Assembly (NCBI RefSeq): GCF_946221935.1
Contig: NZ_CAMIGN010000001.1
Coordinates: 264,990 to 328,989 of the forward strand
Direction: 5' to 3'
Length of the DNA stretch: 64,000 nucleotides
DNA from: an uncultured Corynebacterium sp.
GTDB lineage: Bacteria; Actinomycetota; Actinomycetes; Mycobacteriales; Mycobacteriaceae
Of this stretch, positions 41,842 to 52,037 are shown piece by piece. Under the pieces are notes generated by a model. It had not been told where the DNA came from and ran no database searches. It worked only from the letters and a program-made list of their open reading frames with translations. Every line of letters starts with the position of its first letter. Position 1 is the first letter of the stretch. Both the position numbers and the translations under genes were made by a program.

Positions 41842-43956
41842 ATGACTGAACAACGTTCCCGAGGCCGCAAGGTGACTCGGAAGGCCGCTCCGCCGAGCGC
41901 GGAAGCGGAAGCACAATCGGATAACACCGCTGTTTCCAACGCTGAGGCTGCGACCGTTTTCGACGACGGTGGCGTCGCTAAGAACAACGGCGACAACAGC
42001 GAAAGCAATGGCGACAACAACGGCGGTAATAACGGCGGCGGTAACAAGAACAACAACCGCAACCGGAACCGTCGCTCCCGTGGCCGGGGCCGTGGTGGAA
42101 ATGGTGGCAGCGGTAGCAATGGCGGCAATGGCGGAAACGGTGGCAATAATAAGAACCGTGGCCGCGGCGGCCGTGGGGGCGACCGTCGCAAAGGCGCGCT
42201 GAAGGCCATGCAGGGTGCTGACTTGACGCAGCGTCTGCCGAAGCCCCCGAAGCAGCCAAAGGGCAGCCTGCGCATTGTTGCGCTGGGCGGTATCTCCGAA
42301 ATCGGTCGCAACATGACCGTCTTCGAGTACGAGGGTCGCCTGCTGATTATCGACTGTGGTGTGCTCTTCCCGAGCTCCGGCGAGCCTGGCGTGGATCTGA
42401 TCCTTCCGGACTTTAGCTACCTGGAGGACAAGTGGGATCGCGTGGAAGCGCTGGTCATCACCCACGGCCACGAGGATCACATCGGCGCTATCCCATGGCT
42501 GCTGAAGCAGCGTGCTGATATCCCGATCATTGCCTCCCGTTTCACGTGTGCACTGATCGCGGCGAAGACGCAGGAACACCGTCAGCGTCCGAAGCTCATC
42601 GAGGTTGATGAGAACTCGCACGAGAGCCGCGGACCATTCGATCTGCGCTTCTTCGCGGTAAACCACTCGATCCCGGACTGTCTGGGTATTGCTCTGAAGA
42701 CCGGTGCTGGTCTGCTGGTGCAGACCGGCGATATCAAGCTGGATCAGACCCCGCTGGACGGTCGTCCGACCGACCTGCCCGCGCTGTCTCGCTTTGGCGA
42801 CGAGGGCGTGGATCTGTTCCTGTGCGACTCGACGAACGCGACCACCCCGGGCGTGTCCGGCTCCGAGGCAGATATTGCGCCGACACTGAAGCGCCTGGTG
42901 CGTGACGCCAAGCAGCGCGTGATTATCGCCTCCTTTGCCTCTAACGTTTCCCGTGTGCAGTCCGCTGTGGACGCTGCCGTGGCGGCCAACCGCAAGGTTG
43001 CCTTCAACGGCCGCTCGATGATCCGCAACATGGAAATTGCCGAGCGCATGGGCTACTTGAACGTGCCGCGCGGCACTATCGTCTCCATGGACGACGCCGC
43101 AAGGATGGCTCCCCACAAGGTCGTGCTGATTACGACCGGTACGCAGGGCGAGCCGATGGCGGCTCTGTCCCGCATGGCACGCCGTGAGCACCGTCAGATC
43201 ACCGTTCGCGATGGCGACCTGATCATCCTGTCTTCGTCCCTGGTTCCGGGTAACGAGGAAGCGGTCTTTGGCGTAATCAACATGCTGTCTCAGATCGGCG
43301 CAACCGTCATTACTGGTCGTGACGCTAAGGTGCACACCTCTGGCCACGGCTACTCCGGTGAGCTTCTATTCCTGTATAACGCTGCCCGCCCGCGCAACGC
43401 TATGCCCGTACACGGCGAGTGGCGACACCTGCGCGCCAACAAGGAACTGGCTATCAGCACTGGTGTGAACCCGAATAACATTCCACTGGCACAAAACGGT
43501 GTGGTCGTGGATCTCCATAATGGTCACGCCAAGGTTGTTGGCCAAATTACCGTCGGTAATCTCTACGTCGACGGCACCCGCATGGGTGACATTGACAGCA
43601 GCGTGCTGGAAGACCGCACGACGATGTCTGAGGGTGGCCTGATTTCGATCACCACTGTCATCGACAACCGCACCGGTCGTCCGCTGGAGGCGCCGAGCGT
43701 CCAGGCCAAGGGATTCTCGGACGACGCGCGCGACATGCTGAAGGAAATCCAGGAGAAGGTCGATAATGTGATGATCGACCTGGCTGGCGAGGGAGAGAAC
43801 GATCCCTATCGCATGGCCCAGGCTATCCGCCGTAAGGTGGGCAAGCTCATCTCTGATAAGTGGAACCGCAAGCCGATGATCGTGCCGACCGTCGTCCCGA
43901 TGAGCTCCGAGATTGTTGAAGAGCTAGAGGAGGAAGAAGCCCGCGAGTCCATCTAG
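41842..43956 (+). CDS. rnj: Ribonuclease J, with an N-terminal low-complexity extension
   Basis: A metallo-beta-lactamase fold 'ITHGHEDHIGAIPW', a beta-CASP domain and a C-terminal domain are present. ATG 41842 is preceded by GGAGTATAGGGA. The first 130 residues or so are N/G/R/S-rich. Confidence 0.9.
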   Translation: MTEQRSRGRKVTRKAAPPSAEAEAQSDNTAVSNAEAATVFDDGGVAKNNGDNSESNGDNNGGNNGGGNKNNNRNRNRRSRGRGRGGNGGSGSNGGNGGNGGNNKNRGRGGRGGDRRKGALKAMQGADLTQRLPKPPKQPKGSLRIVALGGISEIGRNMTVFEYEGRLLIIDCGVLFPSSGEPGVDLILPDFSYLEDKWDRVEALVITHGHEDHIGAIPWLLKQRADIPIIASRFTCALIAAKTQEHRQRPKLIEVDENSHESRGPFDLRFFAVNHSIPDCLGIALKTGAGLLVQTGDIKLDQTPLDGRPTDLPALSRFGDEGVDLFLCDSTNATTPGVSGSEADIAPTLKRLVRDAKQRVIIASFASNVSRVQSAVDAAVAANRKVAFNGRSMIRNMEIAERMGYLNVPRGTIVSMDDAARMAPHKVVLITTGTQGEPMAALSRMARREHRQITVRDGDLIILSSSLVPGNEEAVFGVINMLSQIGATVITGRDAKVHTSGHGYSGELLFLYNAARPRNAMPVHGEWRHLRANKELAISTGVNPNNIPLAQNGVVVDLHNGHAKVVGQITVGNLYVDGTRMGDIDSSVLEDRTTMSEGGLISITTVIDNRTGRPLEAPSVQAKGFSDDARDMLKEIQEKVDNVMIDLAGEGENDPYRMAQAIRRKVGKLISDKWNRKPMIVPTVVPMSSEIVEELEEEEARESI
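41990..42190 (+). repeat. Coding low-complexity (AAYGGC)n tract encoding an Asn/Gly/Arg-rich RNase J N-terminal segment
   Basis: Translation gives 'NGDNSESNGDNNGGNNGGGNKNNNRNRNRRSRGRGRGGNGGSGSNGGNGGNGGNNKNRGRGGRGGDRR'. Confidence 0.8.
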
Positions 43957-43978
43957 CTTTTCGCTACGCTTGGGTGGC

Positions 43979-44626
43979 ATGGAACCTTATAACGTAAGTA
44001 CCTCCCAGGCAGAGCGCGAAGCGCTGGCAGATCTTCTACAGCAGTCCGGTCCTGATGCACCTACGTTGTGCGAGGGCTGGACTGCACGTGATTTAGCGGT
44101 TCATTTGGTGATCCGCGAGTATCGTCCGGATGCCGCTGCCGGCATGTTCTTTAAAGGGCTGGCGAATCGACTGGATACCGTAAGTCACGACTACGAGTCC
44201 AAGCCATTTGCCGAGCTGGTGGAGATGTACCGCAATGGCCCGCCCACGTGGAATCCAATGCGTTTGGCAGACAAATACGCCAACCTGGCCGAGAACTTTA
44301 TTCACCATGAGGATCTGCGACGTGGGGGAGGGGATAACTCTCCGCGTGATTTGGCAAATTCTGCCCGAGAGAGCCTGTGGAAAGCCGTAAGCAAGATGGC
44401 GAAGTTCTGCCTGCGCTCCTCACGCATTCACGTCGTTATAGAGCGAACGGATGGCGCGGAGGCAGCAGTGGTGCGGGCTGGAGCCGATACCCCCGACGAG
44501 GTACGGGTGAGCGGTGACGCCGGGGAGCTGTTGCTATGGCTCTATGGGCGCGATTCTGCGGCTAACGTCACGCTCACTCCGGGGGACGAGGCTACTGTAG
44601 CTCGCATTAAGCGACACATCTTCTAG
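43979..44626 (+). CDS. DinB/MDMPI-like metal-binding protein (TIGR03085-type)
   Basis: 'LCEGWTARDLAVHLVIRE' matches the mycothiol-dependent maleylpyruvate isomerase N-terminal fold. The protein is about 215 aa. Confidence 0.55.
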   Translation: MEPYNVSTSQAEREALADLLQQSGPDAPTLCEGWTARDLAVHLVIREYRPDAAAGMFFKGLANRLDTVSHDYESKPFAELVEMYRNGPPTWNPMRLADKYANLAENFIHHEDLRRGGGDNSPRDLANSARESLWKAVSKMAKFCLRSSRIHVVIERTDGAEAAVVRAGADTPDEVRVSGDAGELLLWLYGRDSAANVTLTPGDEATVARIKRHIF

Positions 44627-44659
44627 CGATCTTTTTAGAACAAAGCGCGTGTTGCTCAT

Positions 44660-47600
44660 GTGACTACTGTGATTACTGCGACTAAAGTGGTGGCCATGTC
44701 TGTCACTAGTCGCTCTCGTAGCTCAGCGCCCCGCAGTAGGGGTTCGCACGCCAATCGACCGAGCTCCAGCCGGCGCGGTGGGTTCGAGGACACGCGTGCC
44801 GTTTCGCCGGTCAGCTCAGGCTACTCTGGCTTCGGTGACACGGGGGACTTTGAACGCACCGGCAGCGCCTTTGGTGTGGTGGGTCATTCCCTTGGCTCGG
44901 CCTTTAGTGGTGCAGCGCGCGGGATTGGCGGCTTGACTCGTCGCCTCGCTTCCCGCGGTAACGCAAGCGACTTTGACACTTTTGACGATGCAGATTTTCT
45001 AGAGGAGGCGGAAACGCAGGTGATCTCCAAGCGGGGTGGCCAGCGAGGATCTCGATCGAGTCAAGCGAAAAGGCTTGACAAGCGTCGTGGTGCTCGCGCC
45101 AGCGACGACTGGACGCCGGATACTGAGGACGATGGTTTCGACGCCGACTTCAGTGCCGAAGATCCCAACATGAGCAACGAACCAGCGCGCATTGGAGGTT
45201 CCTACGACGGCGCCGCGATTGGAGTGTTCGCGGTAGCTCTGATCCTTGCCGGAACCTTGTGGTTCGGCGTTGGTGGTGCAGTGGGTAATGGAATTGCTGG
45301 ACTGCTGACTTGGATCATTGGCGCGGGTGGATACGTCGTCCCCATCGCCATGGCATTCGCCGCCTGGGTACTGATGGTGGGCGTCGAAAGAACCCAACGC
45401 TCGACGGCTCGTCTGTGGCTGGGGACGGCTCTCATTGTGCTACCGATGCTGGGGTTGATTCACCTCTTTGCCGGACAGCCCACGGACGCTTCGGGCAAAT
45501 CCGCTGCGGGCGGTCTGGTCGGTCAGGCCATTGGTACGCCGATGGCAGTCGGCTTCAGCACCTACCTCGCTATTCCGTTGCTGCTTCTGGCCATTGTTTA
45601 TGGTGCGCTGCAGCTCACAGGACTGACCGTAAAGCAGATCTACAACCTGGCTGCTGATTTCCTGGGGGTCGGAAATTGGCGGAGTTCTGGCAATGTCGAC
45701 AGCTCCGAGGACTATGACTCCTTTGACGAGGATGACCAATACGGTCACGTAGATCACGAGATCACACGCGCGGCACGTCGAACCCCGATGGACAATTACC
45801 CGGTTCAGACTAGACAGGATGACGACGACTCGAATGAGACTCTCGTCCTGGATACGCCGAAGAAGCGCAAGCGTAAGCCCCAGCCGAAGAAGCCCGCACC
45901 CCAGGTGCAGGATGTTGCGGAGCTACTGGATGACGACGAGACGGAGGCTCCAGCTCCAGCACCCACGCCTAAGTCTCAGCCCAAGCCTGAGCCCAAGAAG
46001 GAGCCACAACCCAAGCCACGGGCGAAGAAGGATCCTGTCGCCAATTCTCGCGATTCTGTGCGACAGGCTATTGTCGCTCGTTCCGGCATAGATGCATCGG
46101 CCATTCCTGCCTCGACGCCCAAGTCGGAATTGGAAGAGGATGTGCCTGAGGGCGTCGTAAAGAAGGACAGCGACTACGCCTTGCCTTCAACGGACCTGCT
46201 GCTAAACGGGGAGGCGCCGAAGACTCGCAGTGAAACGAATGATCGGATGATCGAGGCGATCTCCGATGTATTCGAGGAATTTAATGTCGATGCGCAGGTG
46301 ACTGGCTTTAGCCGTGGACCGACAGTAACGCGCTACGAGGTCGAACTGGGCCCGGGTGTGAAGGTTTCCAAGATCACCAACCTGCAATCCAACCTGGCCT
46401 ACGCAGTAGCCACCGACAACGTGCGCCTGCTCACCCCTATCCCCGGCAAGTCTGCCGTGGGTATCGAGGTGCCCAACTCCGACCGCGAGATGGTGCGTCT
46501 GGGCGACGTGCTGGAAGCACCTAAGGTGATTTCCGACCACGACCCGATGGTCATTGGCCTGGGTAAGGATATCGAGGGCGACTTTGTGGCGCACTCTATT
46601 CAGAAGATGCCGCACCTGCTCGTGGCCGGTTCTACGGGCTCCGGTAAGTCGGCGTTTGTGAACTCGATGTTGGTGTCACTGCTGACCCGTGCGACTCCGG
46701 ACGAGGTTCGCTTGATCCTGGTGGACCCGAAGATGGTGGAGCTGACCCCTTACGAGGGCATTCCGCACCTGATCACGCCCATCATCACCCAGCCGAAGAA
46801 GGCCGCCGCGGCCCTTAACTGGCTGGTGGAGGAGATGGAGCAGCGGTACATGGACATGAAGGCCAGCCGCGTGCGCCACATCAAGGACTTCAACCGCAAG
46901 GTCAAGTCCGGTGAGATCACGACTCCTTTGGGATCCGAGCGTGAGTACCGTCCGTACCCTTACATCGTGTGCGTGGTGGACGAGCTCGCCGACCTGATGA
47001 TGACTGCCCCGCGCGAGATCGAAGATTCGATTGTGCGCATTACTCAGAAGGCCCGCGCTGCAGGTATCCACCTGGTGCTCGCAACGCAGCGTCCTTCCGT
47101 CGACGTGGTCACCGGTTTGATCAAGACGAATGTGCCTTCCCGCTTGGCCTTCGCCACTAGTTCCTCGACGGACTCCCGCGTGATCCTGGACCAGGGTGGT
47201 GCCGAGAAGCTGATCGGCATGGGCGATGGATTGTTCATCCCGCAAGGAGCCGGCAAACCACAGCGCATTCAGGGTGCTTTTGTCACCGATGAGGAAATCA
47301 GCGCTGTTGTCGAGGCCGCAAAGACCCAGGCCGAGCCTGACTATAGGGAGGGCGTGACTGAGGACAAGGCCGCAGAGGCGAAGAAGGATATTGACCCGGA
47401 TATCGGCAACGATCTGGAAGATCTGTTGCAAGCCGTGGAGCTGGTTGTTACCAGCCAGTTCGGTTCGACGTCCATGTTGCAGCGTAAGCTGCGCATTGGT
47501 TTTGCCAAGGCCGGCCGCCTAATGGACCTCATGGAGACCCGCGGTGTGGTCGGACCTTCTGAAGGCTCCAAGGCACGCGAGGTGCTGGTGAAGCCGGAAG

Positions 47601-47764
47601 AACTTGAGACGATGCTGTGGATGATCAAGGGGGCTAACCCCGAGGATGCGCCTAAGGAGGTCATGGACGCCGAGGCGTCTGCCGCCGTTGAATCCGACGG
47701 CGTCGACGACTCAGATTCCGACACTCGCGTGGTCTCTGCGAACCCGCCGAGCGGACTCGTGTAA
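44660..47764 (+). CDS. ftsK: DNA translocase FtsK
   Basis: N-terminal transmembrane helices are followed by a long P/E/K-rich linker. The ATPase core carries Walker A 'GSTGSGKS'. The C-terminal gamma domain reads '[25 protein letters not shown]'. Confidence 0.9.
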   Translation: MTTVITATKVVAMSVTSRSRSSAPRSRGSHANRPSSSRRGGFEDTRAVSPVSSGYSGFGDTGDFERTGSAFGVVGHSLGSAFSGAARGIGGLTRRLASRGNASDFDTFDDADFLEEAETQVISKRGGQRGSRSSQAKRLDKRRGARASDDWTPDTEDDGFDADFSAEDPNMSNEPARIGGSYDGAAIGVFAVALILAGTLWFGVGGAVGNGIAGLLTWIIGAGGYVVPIAMAFAAWVLMVGVERTQRSTARLWLGTALIVLPMLGLIHLFAGQPTDASGKSAAGGLVGQAIGTPMAVGFSTYLAIPLLLLAIVYGALQLTGLTVKQIYNLAADFLGVGNWRSSGNVDSSEDYDSFDEDDQYGHVDHEITRAARRTPMDNYPVQTRQDDDDSNETLVLDTPKKRKRKPQPKKPAPQVQDVAELLDDDETEAPAPAPTPKSQPKPEPKKEPQPKPRAKKDPVANSRDSVRQAIVARSGIDASAIPASTPKSELEEDVPEGVVKKDSDYALPSTDLLLNGEAPKTRSETNDRMIEAISDVFEEFNVDAQVTGFSRGPTVTRYEVELGPGVKVSKITNLQSNLAYAVATDNVRLLTPIPGKSAVGIEVPNSDREMVRLGDVLEAPKVISDHDPMVIGLGKDIEGDFVAHSIQKMPHLLVAGSTGSGKSAFVNSMLVSLLTRATPDEVRLILVDPKMVELTPYEGIPHLITPIITQPKKAAAALNWLVEEMEQRYMDMKASRVRHIKDFNRKVKSGEITTPLGSEREYRPYPYIVCVVDELADLMMTAPREIEDSIVRITQKARAAGIHLVLATQRPSVDVVTGLIKTNVPSRLAFATSSSTDSRVILDQGGAEKLIGMGDGLFIPQGAGKPQRIQGAFVTDEEISAVVEAAKTQAEPDYREGVTEDKAAEAKKDIDPDIGNDLEDLLQAVELVVTSQFGSTSMLQRKLRIGFAKAGRLMDLMETRGVVGPSEGSKAREVLVKPEELETMLWMIKGANPEDAPKEVMDAEASAAVESDGVDDSDSDTRVVSANPPSGLV

Positions 47765-47771
47765 GGTTATC

Positions 47772-47941
47772 GACTGTTGGAGGGGAGTACCCTTACGCCA
47801 AATTCTTCGGCGCCCTCGACATTGATCGTCAACACGGCAGGTTTCATCCTCCCGGTCATGTCGGCTCGTCACTTCGGTGGAACGGGCAGGGGAGACCTCC
47901 GGTCTTTTTAGTGACGCCATTTAACGACCGGAGGATTTTTA
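47772..47941 (+). ncRNA. Candidate yybP-ykoY (Mn2+) riboswitch in the terC leader
   Basis: A 5' segment 'tggaGGGGAGTAcccttacg' and a downstream 'cgtcaacacggcagg' resemble the conserved yybP-ykoY blocks as I recall them (no covariance search possible). The leader ends in a hairpin 'cctccggtc…gaccggagg' followed by 'attttta', which contains the SD. TerC is a classic partner of this riboswitch class. Confidence 0.55.
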
Positions 47942-48961
47942 ATGGAAGTAAATGCTCTTACTTGGATCATCACCATTGTGGTGGTCGCCGGATTCTTTGT
48001 CTTCGACTTTTATAGTCACGTCAAGACGCCCCACGAGCCATCGATGAAAGAGTCGGCGCTATGGAGCCTTTTCTATATCGCGCTGGCCTGCTTTTTCGGT
48101 GGGTTCCTGTGGCTTACATGGGGTGAACCGGGCAATCCACACCAGCATGGCATGGAGTTCTTCGCAGGCTATATCACCGAGAAGGCCTTGAGCGTCGATA
48201 ACCTCTTCATCTTTGCGCTGATCCTGAGCTCGTTTAAGATCCCCCGCAAGTACCAGCAAAAGGTACTGCTCATCGGCATCGCCCTGGCGCTGATCCTGCG
48301 CGGTGTTTTCATCGCCCTCGGTGCAGCGATTATTGAGGCTTGGTCCGATGTGTTCTACCTCTTCGGCTTTTTCCTGCTGTGGACGGCCGCCAAGTTGCTG
48401 TGGGATGAGATCTCCGGTGAGGAGGAGCAGGATCCGCAAGACATGATGATTATCAAGGCAGTGCGCAAGTTTATTCATGTCTCGGATCACTACGAGTCGG
48501 ATCGCCTGTGGTTCAAGGAAAATGGCAAGAAGGTACTGACGCCACTTTTCATTGCCCTGGTGGCCGTCGGATTCGTAGACGTGCTGTTTGCACTCGACTC
48601 CATCCCTGCCATCTACGGCATTACGAGCGAACCGTACATTGTGTTCACGACTAACGCCCTGGCACTACTGGGATTGCGGCAGCTGTACTTCCTGCTGGAT
48701 GGCTTGCTGGATCGTCTGGTGTACCTGTCCTACGGTCTATTCATCATTCTGGCCTTCATTGGAACGAAGCTGATTTTGCACGCTCTTCACGAAAACAACT
48801 TGCCGTTTATTAACGGCGGCCAGGGGCTGTCGGTTCCTGAGGTTTCCGTGGAAGTATCGCTGCTGACGATTGTGGGCGTGCTGATTGTGACAACAGTGCT
48901 GAGCCTTACGGTGGGCAAGAAGAACGCACAGGAAAACGAAGAGACCTCCGCGGTAGGATAG
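47942..48961 (+). CDS. TerC-family integral membrane protein, a putative Mn/metal exporter
   Basis: The 339-aa ORF has about 9 transmembrane helices. TerC blocks 'KALSVDNLFIFALI' and 'LFALDSIPAIYGIT' are present. Confidence 0.85.
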   Translation: MEVNALTWIITIVVVAGFFVFDFYSHVKTPHEPSMKESALWSLFYIALACFFGGFLWLTWGEPGNPHQHGMEFFAGYITEKALSVDNLFIFALILSSFKIPRKYQQKVLLIGIALALILRGVFIALGAAIIEAWSDVFYLFGFFLLWTAAKLLWDEISGEEEQDPQDMMIIKAVRKFIHVSDHYESDRLWFKENGKKVLTPLFIALVAVGFVDVLFALDSIPAIYGITSEPYIVFTTNALALLGLRQLYFLLDGLLDRLVYLSYGLFIILAFIGTKLILHALHENNLPFINGGQGLSVPEVSVEVSLLTIVGVLIVTTVLSLTVGKKNAQENEETSAVG

Positions 48962-48967
48962 GTATCT

Positions 48968-49570
48968 GTGAATACTTCAGCACCGCGATCTTCGTTTGGA
49001 ACGTTTGTCCATAGCGTGAGTTTGCCGAATGTCCTCACGTGCGTTCGCATTGCTCTGATCCCGGTGTTCCTATGGTTGATTCTGACTTCGGGGGATTGGG
49101 AGATCGCCGGGGCAGAAAGCGATCGGGCGCACCGCTGGTGGGCACTGCTGGCTTTTTGCCTGTTGATGTTTACCGACCAGCTGGATGGCTTTCTAGCGCG
49201 GCGTTACGAGGTCATCACCGACTTCGGAAAGCTCGCGGATCCAATTGCCGATAAGGCATTGATGATTTCGGCTTTTGTCAGCCTGAATATTCTCGGCGAG
49301 CTGCCGTGGTGGGTAACGGCAATTGTTGTTGTACGCGAGTTGGGAATTACCGTCTGGCGAATGGTGTTGGCTCGTCAGGGCAACGTCGTTCCTGCCTCGA
49401 AGGGCGGTAAGCTAAAGACCGTGCTGCAGACTCTGGCTGTGTTCCTCTATATCCTCCCATTCGGCGGGGTGGTACAGACCATTGCGATGATCGTTATGGG
49501 TGTGGCCGTTGTCCAAACAGTCGTCACTGGTGTGCAGTACATCCTCGACTCACGCAAGGAAAACGCCTAA
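48968..49570 (+). CDS. pgsA: CDP-diacylglycerol--glycerol-3-phosphate 3-phosphatidyltransferase
   Basis: The CDP-alcohol phosphatidyltransferase motif is 'DQLDGFLARRYEVITDFGKLADPIADK'. Confidence 0.85.
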   Translation: MNTSAPRSSFGTFVHSVSLPNVLTCVRIALIPVFLWLILTSGDWEIAGAESDRAHRWWALLAFCLLMFTDQLDGFLARRYEVITDFGKLADPIADKALMISAFVSLNILGELPWWVTAIVVVRELGITVWRMVLARQGNVVPASKGGKLKTVLQTLAVFLYILPFGGVVQTIAMIVMGVAVVQTVVTGVQYILDSRKENA

Positions 49571-50086
49571 ATGCCCGTGAACCTGGCCGCACAGCATTTG
49601 GTCACCGAGTTCACCCGCAGTGGGCGAACCATTGCCACGGCTGAATCCCTCACTGCAGGTCTATGCGCGGCCACTATTGCAGAGGTACCGGGAGCATCAG
49701 CGGTTCTGCGAGGTGGCGTCATTGTCTATGCGACCGACACCAAACACGACCTAGCGGGAGTAAGTGAACAGACTCTCAAAGAGCACGGGCCGGTGGCTGC
49801 GGAGACGGCGGCTGAGCTCGCAGAGGGTGTAGCTGGGCGATGCAGTGCCGATGTGGGAGTAGCACTCACAGGAGTGGCCGGGCCGGATCCCCAGGACGGT
49901 CACCCGGTGGGCGAGGTGTTCATTGGCATTTTTGATAGCTCGCGGGGCGTGCGGGTGGAGAACCTGTATGCGGAATTCATCCAAAGGCGTGAGACTGGCG
50001 CGTTCGCCGGATTGGATTCTGTGGAGCTAAGGGCGAAGATTCGCCAGTTCAGCGTAACCCGCGCGTTGGAGTTAGCGAGCGAGTAG
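49571..50086 (+). CDS. CinA-like C-terminal domain protein (nicotinamide-nucleotide amidohydrolase PncC-like)
   Basis: 'ATAESLTAGLCAATIAEVPGASAVLRGGVIVY' is present. It follows directly after the pgsA stop. Confidence 0.8.
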   Translation: MPVNLAAQHLVTEFTRSGRTIATAESLTAGLCAATIAEVPGASAVLRGGVIVYATDTKHDLAGVSEQTLKEHGPVAAETAAELAEGVAGRCSADVGVALTGVAGPDPQDGHPVGEVFIGIFDSSRGVRVENLYAEFIQRRETGAFAGLDSVELRAKIRQFSVTRALELASE

Positions 50087-50129
50087 ACTGGCGGGAACAA
50101 ATTCGCCGCCAGAGACGTTGGGATGATTG

Positions 50130-50492
50130 ATGAGTCACAATACGATGGTCATGGATACGGTAGCGGTTGAGCGTCCGAGGGAGCGGATGCCGGCGGATGA
50201 GCCACTCCTGCGTGAAGCGTTGGGGGCGACGCTGAAGGAATACCGCACAAACAACGGTTTCACCCTGCGGCAATTGGCTGCGTTGGCGAACGTCAGTCCG
50301 GGATATCTTTCCGAATTGGAACGCGGACGCAAGGAGGTTTCCTCTGAGCTGCTGGCCAGCGTGTGCCACGCGATGGCGGTATCGGTGGCTTCGGTGATTT
50401 TGGAAGCAGCGTCGATGATGGCCCTGGATGCCGCAGCGGCAGAGCTGGCCGCGAACATGGCGACGAGTGCAGGGGAACGGGCACGTACATAG
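50130..50492 (+). CDS. clgR: XRE-family helix-turn-helix regulator ClgR (clp gene regulator)
   Basis: The helix-turn-helix is 'FTLRQLAALANVSPGYLSELERGRKEVSSELLASV'. The conserved pgsA–cinA–clgR–pspA order matches the Rv2746c–Rv2744c region. The start could be ATG 50130, 50145 or 50151. Confidence 0.65.
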   Translation: MSHNTMVMDTVAVERPRERMPADEPLLREALGATLKEYRTNNGFTLRQLAALANVSPGYLSELERGRKEVSSELLASVCHAMAVSVASVILEAASMMALDAAAAELAANMATSAGERART

Positions 50493-50581
50493 GGCGAGAC
50501 GACCCCTAAACTTGTTAGAATCATTCGCGTAAAACGAAAATTTTTTAACCCTTAAACCCGTTAAAAGGAGCCAGAACCCCC

Positions 50582-51403
50582 ATGGCTAATCCGTTTGTGA
50601 AGGCGTGGAAGTACCTGATGGCACTCTTTGACAACAAGATCGAAGAGAACGCCGATCCGAAGATTCAGATCGAACAGGCCATTGCCGAAGCACAAAAGCA
50701 GCACCAGGCTCTTTCCCAACAGGCCGCTGCGGTGATTGGAAACCAGCGTCAGCTGGAGATGAAGCTGAACCGCCAGCTCGAGGAAGTTGAGAAGCTGCAG
50801 GCTAACACCAAGCAAGCGCTGAACCTGGCCGATAAGGCTCGCTCGCAGGGCGATGAGCAGAAGGCAACGGAGTACGAGAATGCTGCCGAGGCATTTGCTG
50901 CCCAGCTGGTGACCGCCGAGCAGTCGGTGGAAGATCTGAAGAGCTTGCACGACCAGTCCTTGCAGCAGGCGGCACAGGCCAAGCAGGCGGTTGAGCGTAA
51001 CTCCATGCAGTTGCAGCAAAAGGCGGCGGAGCGTACGAAGCTGCTAAGCCAGCTGGAGCAGGCCAAGATGCAGGAAAAGGTCGCTGACTCCCTGAAGTCG
51101 ATGGATGCCGTTGCTGCCAATGGCACCCCGAACCTGGATCAGGTGCGCGAGAAGATTGAGCGCCGTTATGCCAATGCCCTCGGACAGTCCGAACTCGCAC
51201 AGAACTCCGTTCAGGGACGTATGGCTGAGGTAGAGCGTGCGGGTATCCAGATGGCGGGTCATTCCCGTCTGGAGCAGATTCGCGCGGAGATGAATAGCGG
51301 CCAGAAGCAGCCGCAAGCCATTGAACAGGCCCAGCCACAGGCAGGGGCCGTCAGCCAGGACGCCGTCGCCGAACGTATGCGTCAGCTACGCGGCGAGAGC
51401 TAG
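50582..51403 (+). CDS. pspA: PspA/IM30-family protein (the mycobacterial 35-kDa antigen homologue)
   Basis: '[41 protein letters not shown]' is present, followed by a coiled-coil. An AAAGGAG SD precedes the start. Confidence 0.85.
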   Translation: MANPFVKAWKYLMALFDNKIEENADPKIQIEQAIAEAQKQHQALSQQAAAVIGNQRQLEMKLNRQLEEVEKLQANTKQALNLADKARSQGDEQKATEYENAAEAFAAQLVTAEQSVEDLKSLHDQSLQQAAQAKQAVERNSMQLQQKAAERTKLLSQLEQAKMQEKVADSLKSMDAVAANGTPNLDQVREKIERRYANALGQSELAQNSVQGRMAEVERAGIQMAGHSRLEQIRAEMNSGQKQPQAIEQAQPQAGAVSQDAVAERMRQLRGES

Positions 51404-52026
51404 TTTCCCACCCCACGGGATTTCAGTGCCTCGCCTAGACGGCGGGCGCGCAAGAGGCTGCGGACTATCACCGGCACGCCGAAGGCCAGCACGGAGCGCG
51501 ATGCGCCCCGTGCTTTTCTTGCGTCTAACACTTCGTTGACCGTTAGAGCGGTCAAGGGAATGAGGCGGATAGTCAGCGCCATGAGAAGGCTGATAGTTTC
51601 CACCGGCAGGCCAATCCGGCCCAATGGGCGAAGTCCTGCTTCCACCGCGTCCATGAGTGCCACGATGGTCGTGGTCAATGTTAGAAGCGTGGCCATCGAT
51701 ACTGCGGAGAGGATCACGACAAAATAGGTCAGCGCTGTGGAGAAGTCACGTTGCCACCACAGCAATAGCGCGAAGGCGACCAGCAGCAGTGACGGTGCAA
51801 CAAGCTGTCGCAGCACGAGTTTGAAGGGAATCTGCGCCACGAGAAAGCACAGTGCCGTGATGCCCGCGACCACTGTGGCTTGCCATAGCTCGGTAGCCCA
51901 GATGGCACTGCCGACCAGGAAAATGAGCAGCAAGAAAATTTTTAAGCCCGGAGGTGTGCGGTGAACCGGGGAGTTCCCAGGGTGATAGACGGATAGTGGC
52001 ACATGGATGTGCAGTGATTTTGCCAT
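51400..52026 (-). CDS. bioN: ECF transporter transmembrane (T) component, BioN/CbiQ-like
   Basis: There are 5 transmembrane helices. The EcfT 'ALxxRG' region '[12 protein letters not shown]' is present. It sits downstream of the ECF ATPase and BioY. Confidence 0.75.
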   Translation of the reverse strand: MAKSLHIHVPLSVYHPGNSPVHRTPPGLKIFLLLIFLVGSAIWATELWQATVVAGITALCFLVAQIPFKLVLRQLVAPSLLLVAFALLLWWQRDFSTALTYFVVILSAVSMATLLTLTTTIVALMDAVEAGLRPLGRIGLPVETISLLMALTIRLIPLTALTVNEVLDARKARGASRSVLAFGVPVIVRSLLRARRLGEALKSRGVGN

Positions 52027-52037
52027 CGGTTGTGCCT

